Shown piece by piece: positions 48,573 to 58,814 of a stretch of 64,000 bases of DNA. Origin of the DNA: Planctomycetota bacterium (lineage in GTDB: Bacteria > Planctomycetota > UBA1135 > UBA2386); assembly GCA_965228735.1 (NCBI GenBank), contig OZ245838.1, positions 1,920,001-1,984,000 on the forward strand, written 5' to 3'. Both the position numbers and the translations under genes were made by a program. The notes beneath the pieces were generated by a model. The model ran no database searches and was not told the DNA's origin. It saw only the letters and a program-made list of their open reading frames with translations. Numbering within the stretch: the first letter of the stretch is position 1; every line of letters starts with the position of its first letter.

Positions 48573-49559
48573 GTGAAGGGCCTCTCGATCCATGCCGGCG
48601 TAGCGCTCCTGCTCGGGGCGTGCGCGAGCACCCCGGCGGCGCCGGGTGCGGACTGGACGAACGCGCCGTTTTCGACCCATGTCGATCTGCCCCCGGCGAT
48701 CGCGGCGGCCGTCCTCGCCGGCGCCGTCCGAGACGTTCTCCCGCTCGCCGATCCGGAGCCGTACGCGGGCGGTGCGCCCGCGACGCGCCTCGCGCCCGAC
48801 GAGTTCGAGGTGACCTACGACTGCCGCGCCGACAGCTGGCTGCCGGCCGCGCGGCACCGCATCCAGCAATGCCGGATCGATCATCCGGTGCGAGTCACCG
48901 CGACCGGCCGGCTGACGGGCTACGGGCTGCGGGCGGATCGCTCGTTCCGCCTGCGCGTGTCCGCCGATCGCAGCGCCAAGTCCAGCGTCGTCAGCGGCGA
49001 GTTCCCGACGCGACTCGCCGACATGCTGCGCGCAGCGCTGACGCAGCGGCTCGCAGCCCGTCACGAGGCCTGCGCGACGACGCGGGCGCTCGCGCTCGCA
49101 AACGAACACGCCCGCGCCGGCGAACTCGACTACGCGCGGCACTACCGCAGCTGCGCCGGCCTCGCGACCGCGGACCCGACGCTCCGCGCCCACGTGGCGC
49201 GCGCGATCCAGGTGCCGGCGACGAGCGACATGGCCCGCCGGCAGGCCCGCGACCACATCGCGGCCGAGGACTTCAGGGCGGCGCGCGCGCTGCTCCACAC
49301 GGCGCGGCGCGCGGGCGCCGATCCGGCGCGCGACTACGAGCTGCTGTGGCAGCTGCATCGCCGCGACGAGGACCGGCGGTTCGCGTTCGCATCGGCGCTG
49401 CTGCTGCGCGAGTACGATCGGCTCGGCCGCGGGAACGCGGCCGCGATCGCCGAACTGCAGGCGCAGGACCTCGCGGACCTCGTCGAGCGCACGCTCGGAC
49501 TCGACCCGAGCTACCAGGCGATCTCGCGCCGGCAGCCCCAGCCCCAGCCACCACGTTGA
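48573..49559 (+). CDS. Hypothetical lipoprotein with C-terminal TPR-like helices
   Basis: GTG start, lipobox LLGA/C. Confidence 0.65.
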   Translation: MKGLSIHAGVALLLGACASTPAAPGADWTNAPFSTHVDLPPAIAAAVLAGAVRDVLPLADPEPYAGGAPATRLAPDEFEVTYDCRADSWLPAARHRIQQCRIDHPVRVTATGRLTGYGLRADRSFRLRVSADRSAKSSVVSGEFPTRLADMLRAALTQRLAARHEACATTRALALANEHARAGELDYARHYRSCAGLATADPTLRAHVARAIQVPATSDMARRQARDHIAAEDFRAARALLHTARRAGADPARDYELLWQLHRRDEDRRFAFASALLLREYDRLGRGNAAAIAELQAQDLADLVERTLGLDPSYQAISRRQPQPQPPR

Positions 49560-49598
49560 CGTCGCCACGCTGACGCCACCGCGCTGACGAGGCGAGGG

Positions 49599-52500
49599 TC
49601 AGAGCCCGCGGGCGCGAACCTGGACGCGGTGCACGGCGATCTCCTGCCGCGGGTAGAGCAGCAGGTTGGCCGGCGCCTTGGCCTGCAGAGCGCGCCGGCC
49701 CCGCAGCAGCTCACGGCCCTCGAACAACACCTGCACGGCGCCGCTCGCGGCCGTCCACGAGGCCTCGACGACGATCGTCAGTCGATGTTGCGCGCCCGGG
49801 ATCGCCATGACCCGCGGCCGGTCGAGCACGCCGCGCAGCGCGCGTTCGAACGCCTTCTGACTGGCCTCGCGCTTGCGCGGATCGCCGTCGACGAACGCCG
49901 CATGCACCGCGTTGTCCGGCCCGACGACGACCGCGATCGCGAGGCCGCGGAACTGCACGAGATACCAGCGCTGGTCGACCTCGACCGGCGGCAGCGCGAA
50001 ATCGATGTGCAGCGTGGTGTGCGTCGTGCCCGACCGCCGCAGCGGCACGCCGGTCGCACACTCGAGCACTTCGAGATGCATGTCACTCCACGGCCGCCCG
50101 CCGCCCACGAACTCGACGACGCCGTCGCGCAGCGACCAGCCCTCCTTCATGCCGGGCGCGAGCTGCGCGCCGCTCGCGGTCATCTGAGCTGTGACCGCGT
50201 TGTCCTCCTCGTCGATCGCCGTCCGCACCTCGGCGCCGGCCGGCGCCGAATCCGCGATGTCGGCGCGCACATCCTCCTGCCGCCGGGCGAGCTGCAGCCA
50301 CCGTTTCGCGGTGCGCATGTGGTTGCGCTCGGAGCCGCTGCGGTCGTTCTCGCTGACGAGCTCGTCGAACGTGATGATCGCACGCTCCAGCTCACGCAGC
50401 TCCCCGGTCTGCCGGGCCCGCGCCAGCGCCTCGCGCATCTGCGTCAGAGCCCCCGCGCGATCGACGACGGTCTCGCGCCGCTCGCCCCGCACGCGGCGGA
50501 TGCGGGGGGCGATCTCGCCGAGCACGAACGCGTCGTCGACCGACTGCAGCAGCTGGTCGAAGCCCGCGAACTCGTCGCCGACGAGGCGGAACACGAGCTG
50601 GCCGAGCGGCGCCACGCCAGCCGGCAGGCCGGCGTACGGGTCGGAGTCGATGCGGCGGGCGGCGCGCTCGAACTCCGAGAACCGGAACTCGCTGAGCGTC
50701 GCCGTGCGGGCCGGCTCGCCGAGCGCCTGCGCGAACAGCACGGGCCGGCCGCCCTCGTCCTCCACGCGCAGTTCGACCACGAGACCGGTGCCGCGGTGCG
50801 GGAACGCGATGACCGGCCGCGACGACTTCGCGAGCGTCGCGAGCAGCGCGGCCTCGACGGCCGCGGCCGCCTGCACCGCCTGGCGGTGCTGCGCGAGCTC
50901 CGCGCGCGCGGAGTCCGACTCCGCCTCGAGGTCCGCGAGGATGGCCAGGCTCGCCGCGGCGTCGCCCTGACAGAGCGCGCGCCACGCGAGATCACACCGA
51001 TGATCGAAGCGCTCCGCCGCGCGCGCGTCGGCCGCGAGACCGACGAGTTGACGCACCTCGCCGAGCATGCGTTCGACATCGGGCCACGGGTTGGCTTCGT
51101 CCCGAAAGCGCAGCGAGGCCGGCCAGACATCGAACAGCCCGAGCCGGAACTCGAGCACCCGACCGAGGATCGCCGCCGGATCCGCGCCGGCCGCGAGTCG
51201 ATCCTCGAAATGCCCGACGACGGTCGCGACCTCCTGCCGCAGCGCGTCGGCGACCGCGGCCTCGGCGCTGTCGATCGCGGGCCGCGCCACGCGCCAACCC
51301 TGTTCGCACCGTTCCGCGGCCTGCTGGGCGACGGTCTCGCCGAGGCGTTCGACCGCGGGCACCCGAACGCCGTCACAGAAGCTCGACAGCGCGCGGCTCC
51401 AGAGGCGGCGCGCGCCCGTGTAGTCCCCGGCCTGCAGTCGCTCCGTGACCCGATCGACGAGGTCCGTGGCGAGATACTCGTCGAGCCGCTGCAGCAACTC
51501 GGCGTCGCGCTCCGCGAGCTGCTGCGCGACGTCCCGCCGCAGACCCTCGAGCGGCGCGGTGTCGAGCGTCAGCGGGAACTCGCTCGGCAACAGTCCGACC
51601 TCGGCATAGACCGCGCGCGCCAGCTGCTCACGTTCGAAGTCCGCCATGTCGGGCCAGGTGTCGGGAGCCCGCAACCACGCCGTCAGTTCACTCCAGCCCG
51701 GGCCCGTGAACTGCGCGCTCGCGCGCACGACCGCGGCCTTCATCGCGTTGAACTCGATGGCCTCGAGTTTCTGCACCTCGAGCGCCCGGCCGGCCGGCAG
51801 CGTCTCGCCGAGCGGTCCACCGAGCGCCCGCAGGTGCTGCCAGCGGGCGCCCGGTGACCCGAGTTCGTCGAGCTTCTCCTCGAGCTCGGCGATGAACGAG
51901 TCCGACGCGGCGATCGCCGCGCTCTCGCCCCGCAGCTGCATGCCGATCCAGACGGCGCCGCCGAGCAGCAGCACGAAGAGCACGGCGGTCGCGAACCGTC
52001 TCGGGATCTCGACGCGACGGTCACTCTCGCCCTGCGCCAGGCGTTCTTCGTCGACCTGCGGCGGCAGCTCGCCCTCGAGTCGCTCGAGGTCGTCGAGCAG
52101 CTCACGCGGCGTCTGGTAGCGCACGCGCAGGTCCTTCGCCAGGAGCTTGCGGATGACGAGCGACAAGCCCTCGCTGACCGCCGGGTTCTCCTCGTTGGGC
52201 GCGATCGGCGGGTCGTTCAGCACCTTGGTGATGAGCTCCGCCATCGTGTCGCCGGTGAACGGCGGCACGCCCGTGGCCATGTGATACAGCGTCGCACCGA
52301 GCGAGTAGAGATCGCTGCGGACGTCGACGTCCTGCGGATTGCGCGCCTGTTCCGGCGAGATGTACTGCGGCGTCCCGACCGTCGCGCCGTCCCGGGTGAG
52401 CGTCAGGTCGGCGGGGCCCTTCGCGAGCCCCATGTCCGTCAGCTTCACCTTCTCGTCCTCGTCGATGAGGATGTTGCCGGGCTTGATGTCACGGTGGATG

Positions 52501-52886
52501 ACGTTGTTCTCGAACGCGTGATCGAGCGCCTGCGCGACCTGCGTCGCGACCTCGAGCACGTATTCCTCGGGGAATACCCCCCACTCCGAGAGCATGCCGC
52601 GCAGGCTCTTGCCCTCGACGAACTCCATCACGAAGAAGTGATAGCCGCCCTCCTCGCCGAGATCGTAGCCGGTGACGATGTGCGGATGGTTGAGCGATGC
52701 GACGATCCGCGCCTCGCGGCGCAGTCGATCGACGTAGCGGCTGTCGCGCGCGAGCGACGGCTTGAGCACCTTGAGCGCGACGATGCGGCCGAGCTTCTTG
52801 TGGCGCGCCTTGAACACCGTTCCCATCGCGCCCGCGCCGACGCGATCGAGGATCTCGTAGTCCTGGAACGGCTGCGCGAACGTCAT
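49599..52886 (-). CDS. Membrane Ser/Thr protein kinase with large extracytoplasmic region
   Basis: VGAGAMG, VALK, HRDIKPGN, DMG, GTPQYISPEQ, TM segment. Confidence 0.92.
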   Translation of the reverse strand: MTFAQPFQDYEILDRVGAGAMGTVFKARHKKLGRIVALKVLKPSLARDSRYVDRLRREARIVASLNHPHIVTGYDLGEEGGYHFFVMEFVEGKSLRGMLSEWGVFPEEYVLEVATQVAQALDHAFENNVIHRDIKPGNILIDEDEKVKLTDMGLAKGPADLTLTRDGATVGTPQYISPEQARNPQDVDVRSDLYSLGATLYHMATGVPPFTGDTMAELITKVLNDPPIAPNEENPAVSEGLSLVIRKLLAKDLRVRYQTPRELLDDLERLEGELPPQVDEERLAQGESDRRVEIPRRFATAVLFVLLLGGAVWIGMQLRGESAAIAASDSFIAELEEKLDELGSPGARWQHLRALGGPLGETLPAGRALEVQKLEAIEFNAMKAAVVRASAQFTGPGWSELTAWLRAPDTWPDMADFEREQLARAVYAEVGLLPSEFPLTLDTAPLEGLRRDVAQQLAERDAELLQRLDEYLATDLVDRVTERLQAGDYTGARRLWSRALSSFCDGVRVPAVERLGETVAQQAAERCEQGWRVARPAIDSAEAAVADALRQEVATVVGHFEDRLAAGADPAAILGRVLEFRLGLFDVWPASLRFRDEANPWPDVERMLGEVRQLVGLAADARAAERFDHRCDLAWRALCQGDAAASLAILADLEAESDSARAELAQHRQAVQAAAAVEAALLATLAKSSRPVIAFPHRGTGLVVELRVEDEGGRPVLFAQALGEPARTATLSEFRFSEFERAARRIDSDPYAGLPAGVAPLGQLVFRLVGDEFAGFDQLLQSVDDAFVLGEIAPRIRRVRGERRETVVDRAGALTQMREALARARQTGELRELERAIITFDELVSENDRSGSERNHMRTAKRWLQLARRQEDVRADIADSAPAGAEVRTAIDEEDNAVTAQMTASGAQLAPGMKEGWSLRDGVVEFVGGGRPWSDMHLEVLECATGVPLRRSGTTHTTLHIDFALPPVEVDQRWYLVQFRGLAIAVVVGPDNAVHAAFVDGDPRKREASQKAFERALRGVLDRPRVMAIPGAQHRLTIVVEASWTAASGAVQVLFEGRELLRGRRALQAKAPANLLLYPRQEIAVHRVQVRARGL

Positions 52887-54910
52887 GAGGCGGCCGAGTC
52901 GTCCTGACCGCTGTCCGCTTCGGCGTCGGCGTCGTCGTCCGCGGTCGGGCGACCGCTCGCATCGAGCTCGTACTTGTCGATCTTGCGCTGCAGGGCGAAG
53001 CGCGACAGACCGAGCAGCTCGGCCGCGCGGCTCTTGTTCGACTGCGACCGCTCGAACGCCTTTTGGATCTCGCGGATCTCGAGCGCCTGCACCATGTCGG
53101 GCAGCGTCGTGTTGCGTTCGCTCGGCAGCAGCCCGTCGTCGTGCAGCCCGAGCCCCGGCCCGGTCTTGCCCTCGCGCACGTGCTGGCTCAGGTGCGACTC
53201 GAGGATCACGCCGTCGCAGAGCACCGATGACCGCCGGATCTCGTTCTGCAGCTCGCGCACGTTGCCCGGCCAGGTGTACTGCACGAGGCGCTCCATCGCG
53301 TCCGGGCTGATGCGCACGCGCGAGCCGTTCTCGTTCGTCAGGTCGACGAGGAAGCGCTTCACGAGCTGCGGCACGTCCTCGCGCCGATCGCGCAGCGGCG
53401 GCAGCTGCACGGGCAGGACCGCGAGCCGGTAGTACAGGTCCTCGCGGAACTCGCCGTCGCGGACCATCGCTTCGAGGTTCTTGTTCGTCGCGCAGATGAG
53501 CCGCACGTCGACCTTGAGGGTCTCGCGGCTGCCGAGCGGTCGGACCTCGCCCTCCTGCAGCACGCGCAGGAGTTTGGTCTGCAGGTCGAGGTGCAGGTCA
53601 CCGATCTCGTCGAGGAACAGCACCCCGCCGTCGGCGGTCTCGAGCAGACCCTTCTTGCTGCTCGTCGCGCCGGTGAACGCGCCGCGCACGTAGCCGAACA
53701 GCTCGCTTTCCAGCAGCGCCTCGGGCAGCGCGGCGCAGTTCTCGCTCACGAACGGCTTGCCCGACCGGTTGCTGTTGGTGTGGATCGCGCGCGCGACGAG
53801 CTCCTTGCCCGTGCCCGACTCGCCGGTGACGAGCACCGGATCGTCCGCGTCGATGTACTTGTCGAGCAGCCCGAACACGTTCCGCATCGCGCGACCCGTG
53901 CCGACGATCTGGCGGTAGTCGTACTTCGACTTGTGCACGAGGCTCTGCGTGCTGATCTCCTCCTTGATCTGCGACAGCTCGCTCGTCTTCTCCGCGAGCT
54001 GCCCCTTGAGCGCCGCGTTGAGCTGGTCGACGCGCTCGAGCGCCGCCGTGAGCTCGACCTGCTTGCCGCGCAGCTCCTCGAGCGTGCGGGCGTTGACGAT
54101 CGCCGTACCCGCGTGATCCGCGAGCGACAGCAGCAGCGTCTTCTCGCGTTCCTGGAACACCTGCTGCTGGAGCCGGTTGTCGACGTAGAGCACGCCGGAG
54201 ATCTCGCCGCGGCAGCGGATCGGGATGCAGAGCACCGACCGCAGGCGCAGATCGGCGACCGACTGCAGGTCGCGGAAACGATCGTCCTCCTGCGCGTTGG
54301 TCGTGAGCTCCGGGATGCCGGTCTCCATCACGCGCGTCGCGATCGTGCGCGAGATCTTGAACTCGGGCGACAGCACCTCCTCCTGCGCGAAGTTGCGCGC
54401 GACCTCGACCGAGTGGTCGGCGTCCTTGCCGAGGATCAGGAAGCCGCGTTCGGCGCCCGCGATCTGGATCGCCGAGTCGACGATCTGGGTCAGCAGCCGC
54501 GTGAGGTCCTTCTCGTCGTTGAGCGCCCGCGCGATCTCGAGGAACGTGACGATGTCGTGGCCGCCGCGGGCCTCGGCGCCCGGCTTGGTCTCGTCGACCG
54601 ACGCGTTCTCGACCGCCGGCAGCTGCAGCTCGACCTCGTACTCACCGAGCGCGAACTTCTCGCCGACCTTGAGCTCGGTCCGCAGCACGGGGCGGCCGCG
54701 GATCTTGGCCGGGTTCTGGGCGCCAGCGTCGACGAGCGCAAACACCCCGTCGATGCGTTCGACGCGGCAGTGCTGCCGCGAGACGAGGCGGTCGGGCAGA
54801 TAGAGATCGCACTCCCGCGACCGCCCGATCGTCACGACATCCTGGTGGAACGCGTGCGTCTCGGACTTCTCGTCGCGGGTGACGACTAGGAGGAAGGGGC
54901 CTTCGGACAT
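52883..54910 (-). CDS. Sigma-54 enhancer-binding protein, FHA-GAF-AAA+-Fis HTH
   Basis: IGRS...VSRQH (FHA), GAF, GESGTGKE, GAFTGA, FLDEIG, WPGNVREL, NKSRAAELLG. Confidence 0.95.
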   Translation of the reverse strand: MSEGPFLLVVTRDEKSETHAFHQDVVTIGRSRECDLYLPDRLVSRQHCRVERIDGVFALVDAGAQNPAKIRGRPVLRTELKVGEKFALGEYEVELQLPAVENASVDETKPGAEARGGHDIVTFLEIARALNDEKDLTRLLTQIVDSAIQIAGAERGFLILGKDADHSVEVARNFAQEEVLSPEFKISRTIATRVMETGIPELTTNAQEDDRFRDLQSVADLRLRSVLCIPIRCRGEISGVLYVDNRLQQQVFQEREKTLLLSLADHAGTAIVNARTLEELRGKQVELTAALERVDQLNAALKGQLAEKTSELSQIKEEISTQSLVHKSKYDYRQIVGTGRAMRNVFGLLDKYIDADDPVLVTGESGTGKELVARAIHTNSNRSGKPFVSENCAALPEALLESELFGYVRGAFTGATSSKKGLLETADGGVLFLDEIGDLHLDLQTKLLRVLQEGEVRPLGSRETLKVDVRLICATNKNLEAMVRDGEFREDLYYRLAVLPVQLPPLRDRREDVPQLVKRFLVDLTNENGSRVRISPDAMERLVQYTWPGNVRELQNEIRRSSVLCDGVILESHLSQHVREGKTGPGLGLHDDGLLPSERNTTLPDMVQALEIREIQKAFERSQSNKSRAAELLGLSRFALQRKIDKYELDASGRPTADDDADAEADSGQDDSAAS

Positions 54911-55138
54911 GCCGTGCAAACTGCGTAGCCCGGCGGCGACGGGGAGTAACGCCGGGCCCTGGGGTCACCTGACAGCGTAACCGCTTCGGAAGGCCGGGGT
55001 ACGATCCGTTTCGCCCGACCGTCCCAAGGCTCGCCGCCGGCCGCCGATTTTCGCGCCGGCCCCGCCAGCCCCGGCCCGGCGCGGTTGCCGGGAACAGGGT
55101 GTCAGCCGCTCGCGCGATCGATACCCTGCGGTCGACCG

Positions 55139-55912
55139 ATGCTCGCCCACCGCTACGGCCACAACGTCCACCTGTTCGACGACCCGTTCCTGCTGTCCCT
55201 CCTGGCGCGGATCGGCAGCCCGGAGGTCGGCCCGACGCAGCTGCCGAAACTCGTCCGCACCGCGTATTCGCGGCTGGTGCAGGAGGTGCTCGCGCGCGAG
55301 TTCCCGCGCAAGCGCCAGCGAGTTCCGACCCGGATGACGGCGGTCGAGCCGCGCGCGATCTACGACGGGCCGGTCCTCGATCGCGAGACCAGGCTCGTGC
55401 TGTGTGCGGTGATCCGGGCCGGAATCCTGCCGGCGCAAGCGTGTTTCGAGTCCGCGCTCGAGGTCCTCGACCCCGAGCTCGTGCGGCTCGACTTCCTCAA
55501 CATGTCGCGCATCACCGACGACGACCAGCACGTCACGGGCGTGCGCCTCGACGGGTCGAAGATCGGCGGCGACGTGGCCGACTCGGTCGTGCTGCTGCCC
55601 GACCCCATGGGCGCGACGGGCGGGACGATCTGCCGCGCCGTGGAGGTCTACAACGAGCTGCCGGGCGGCGCTCCCCGCGCGTTCGCCGCGGTGCACCTGA
55701 TGATCACGCCCGAGGCCATCCGCCGCATCACGGCGATGCATCCGGAGGTCCGCATCTACGCCGCGCGCCTCGACCGCGGCCTGTCGTCGGAGCGCGCGCT
55801 CGCGAGCGAGCCCGGCGCGTTCCCGGACGAAGAACGCGGGCTCACGGACATCGATTACATCGTGCCGGGTGCCGGCGGCATGGGCGAACTGCTGACGAAC
55901 AGCTGGGTCTGA
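55139..55912 (+). CDS. upp: Uracil phosphoribosyltransferase
   Basis: VIRAG, DPMGATGGT, YIVPGAG. Confidence 0.85.
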   Translation: MLAHRYGHNVHLFDDPFLLSLLARIGSPEVGPTQLPKLVRTAYSRLVQEVLAREFPRKRQRVPTRMTAVEPRAIYDGPVLDRETRLVLCAVIRAGILPAQACFESALEVLDPELVRLDFLNMSRITDDDQHVTGVRLDGSKIGGDVADSVVLLPDPMGATGGTICRAVEVYNELPGGAPRAFAAVHLMITPEAIRRITAMHPEVRIYAARLDRGLSSERALASEPGAFPDEERGLTDIDYIVPGAGGMGELLTNSWV

Positions 55913-55988
55913 CCCAGGAGTCCCGCCACCGCGCGGAAAACGACGATTTCGCGTAGCATGAACGCGCTGCCGGCGGAAGGCAGCCCAG

Positions 55989-58814
55989 ATGATCCCGCAG
56001 CGACTCAAGGCGAGACTCGGCAAACCCGACCGGCTCCTGCGGCGGTTCTGTCGCACGGGTGACCCCGCGGCGCTCGGCGCGCTCTTCGATCACGCGGCGC
56101 CGGAGCTGCTGCGGGTCGCGGCGTGGCTGTCCGGCAGCCGCACGGATGCGGAAGATCTCCTGCAACGCACGTTCGTGACCGTCATCGAGCGGCGCGAGAA
56201 CTACGACAGCAAGCGCGCGGCGCTGCCATGGCTCTGCGGCATCCTCGGGAATCACGCCCGCAAGCTGAAGGACAAGCGGGCGCGCGAGGTGCGACACCAC
56301 CGCCACCTCGTGACCGAGGCGAGCGACGGCTCCGTGACCCTGACGGATCCGTACGACACGGCCGCCGAACGCGAGGTCGTCGCGGTCGTCGATCGCCTGC
56401 GGCAGGAACTCGACTCGCCGTACCGCGAAGTTCTCGATCTGCACCTCGGGCGTGGACTCGGCCCGGCCGAGATCGCGGCGCGCCTCGACCGTCCACCCGG
56501 CACGGTGCGCACGCAACTCGTGCGCGGCCTCCAGCGCCTGCGCGATCGCATGCCGCTGTCGATGTTCTCGCCGGTCGCGGCTGTCGCGATGCTCAGCGGC
56601 ACCGAGGCGGCGGCGCAACTCACCACGATCCGTGACGCGGTCATGCGCGTCGCGGAGGCCGCGCGGCCACCCGGCCCGGTGCCGGCGAGCGGACCGTTCG
56701 GCCTGTCCGGCGCGCTGCCCACGGTCGCGGCGATCGCGACCGTCGCCGTGATCGGCGGCGGCATCGCGGCCTACCTGGGATTCGGTCGGTCGACGACCGA
56801 ACCGGCGCCGACCGGTCCGGCGGTCGACGTCGCCGCCACGACGCCCCGGAGCGCCGCGACGACGCCGGGCGCACACCTCGATCGCGCGGCCGCCGGTCGA
56901 GCCCCGACGGTCAACCCACTGGCCGCGAACGCGGGCGCCGCCGCCGCGACCGGGCGCGATATCACGGTCCGCGTCGTCGACGACGCGGGCGCCCCCGTGC
57001 CCGCCGCCGAGCTCTGGCTGTCCGAGCCCCACATCGCGACGCGCGGGGCGAGCATCGGCCCGAGCGACGCCGCCGGCTGCCGGAAGCTGACCTTCGACGC
57101 CGCCCGCTTCGTCGGCGCGCGCCACCCGAATCACGTGCGGTCCTATCTCGCCCTCGTCGATCCGGCGACCGCGGGTGACACCGTGACGATCGCGCTGCGC
57201 GGCGGCAGCGCGCCGTTCCGCGGTCGGGTGTTCGATGCCGCGGGCGCGGCGCTGCCCGGCGCGACGATCGCGCTCGGCCCGCCGGGCGGCTGGCGCTTGA
57301 CGAACTCACCGCACCAACGCACGGTCTACCCGCCGCGCGCGGCCGCGACGACGGACGCGACCGGGCGCTTCGCGGCGTTCGGGCTCGAACCGGGCCCGTC
57401 CGACCTCGAGATCCGCGCCCCGGGGCACGCGCCGCTCGCGCTCCGGGTGCAGGTTCCCGAACCCGCGCGCACATTGCCCGAGATGACGTTCCGCCTGCAG
57501 CGCGGCGCGACCATCGCCGGGCGCGTCCGCCACCTCGACGGTTCGGCCGCGGGTGGCGCGAGCATTACCGCGATCGACTCGGACGGCCGCCAGACGCACA
57601 CCACCGCGGACGCCAGCGGCGACTTCGCGGTCGACGGCCTGGCCGCGGGCCAGCACGAGGTGCGCGCAGCGGCAACGACGGCCGCCGCGACCGAAGCGAT
57701 GGCGCATGCGGACCTCGAGACCCGGCTCGGGGGGACGACGCGCTGGCACGCGACGTTGCACCCGACCCGCGAGATCCACGGTCGCGTCGTCGGACCCGAC
57801 GGCGCGCCGGTCGCCGGCGTGCAGGTGCTGGCGGGCGAACCGACGATGGAGGCCGGCATCGCCGGAGCGACGACGGCGGTCGACGGTCGATTCGCGGTGA
57901 CGACGACGGCCCGCCGCGCCCGGACGGGCACGCTCTACCTCCGGCGCGACGGTGCGCCGATCGCGGTGCGACGCGACGTGATCCCGGCCCCGGGCTCGGC
58001 CGCGGCCGGCAGCGAGCTCGTCATCGAACTGTCGGCCGACGAGGCCCCGACGTCGACGCTCCGCGGGCGATTCGTCGATCCGTCGGGTCGACCGATCGCC
58101 GCCTCGATCTCGGTCACCAACCACGCGTTCACGGTCGGTTGGTACGCGTTCACGAACCCGGGGACCGGGACGTTCCGACTCGGCCCGCTGCGCCCCGGCA
58201 GCTATACGCTGATCTTCGAGGCGAAGGGCTACGGGCGCGTGCCGGTGCGGGCGCTCGCCGCCGCGCCCGGCGAGAGCCGCGATCTCGGCGACATCGTCGC
58301 GCAGCCGGCCGGCTCCGTCGAGCTCACCCTCGCGGGCGCGAGTTCGGGCGAACGTCGACTCGTCAAGTTCGCGCGGCGGGACGGCGTCGTGTCCCACGTG
58401 TTCACGGACGGGCGGCCCGTTCGCGCGGAACTCGCGCCGGGCGACTACGTGGCGAACATCGCGCTCGGCGATGGCGCCGGCAGCAGCGTCGCGTTCACCG
58501 TCACGGCCGGAACCACCACTGCCGTCACGCTGCCGTGCACGACGAACCACCTGCTCAGCGTGCGGTGCTCGTTCGCGCGGGCGGCCGGACCCGCGGGGCG
58601 GCGGCTCGACATTCGCATCACGGATGCAGCCGGCAACCTCGTCGACGCCCACGAGCTGGCCTGCACGACCGCGGCGACCGCCGAACTCAAGGTCCACCTG
58701 CCGCCGGGCGAGTACCGGCTCGACTGCCGGTGCACGGCCGGACTGGCGGCGACGGCGAACGTCTCGATTCGGTCCGGTGGTCAAGCCCCCATGCGACGGT
58801 TGCAGCTGCGCTGA
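55989..58814 (+). CDS. ECF sigma factor fused via TM to CarboxypepD_reg-like extracytoplasmic repeats
   Basis: DAEDLLQ..F, PWLCGI, EIAARL..PPGTVRTQL.RG; TM; G.V....G.P..GA repeats. Confidence 0.88.
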   Translation: MIPQRLKARLGKPDRLLRRFCRTGDPAALGALFDHAAPELLRVAAWLSGSRTDAEDLLQRTFVTVIERRENYDSKRAALPWLCGILGNHARKLKDKRAREVRHHRHLVTEASDGSVTLTDPYDTAAEREVVAVVDRLRQELDSPYREVLDLHLGRGLGPAEIAARLDRPPGTVRTQLVRGLQRLRDRMPLSMFSPVAAVAMLSGTEAAAQLTTIRDAVMRVAEAARPPGPVPASGPFGLSGALPTVAAIATVAVIGGGIAAYLGFGRSTTEPAPTGPAVDVAATTPRSAATTPGAHLDRAAAGRAPTVNPLAANAGAAAATGRDITVRVVDDAGAPVPAAELWLSEPHIATRGASIGPSDAAGCRKLTFDAARFVGARHPNHVRSYLALVDPATAGDTVTIALRGGSAPFRGRVFDAAGAALPGATIALGPPGGWRLTNSPHQRTVYPPRAAATTDATGRFAAFGLEPGPSDLEIRAPGHAPLALRVQVPEPARTLPEMTFRLQRGATIAGRVRHLDGSAAGGASITAIDSDGRQTHTTADASGDFAVDGLAAGQHEVRAAATTAAATEAMAHADLETRLGGTTRWHATLHPTREIHGRVVGPDGAPVAGVQVLAGEPTMEAGIAGATTAVDGRFAVTTTARRARTGTLYLRRDGAPIAVRRDVIPAPGSAAAGSELVIELSADEAPTSTLRGRFVDPSGRPIAASISVTNHAFTVGWYAFTNPGTGTFRLGPLRPGSYTLIFEAKGYGRVPVRALAAAPGESRDLGDIVAQPAGSVELTLAGASSGERRLVKFARRDGVVSHVFTDGRPVRAELAPGDYVANIALGDGAGSSVAFTVTAGTTTAVTLPCTTNHLLSVRCSFARAAGPAGRRLDIRITDAAGNLVDAHELACTTAATAELKVHLPPGEYRLDCRCTAGLAATANVSIRSGGQAPMRRLQLR

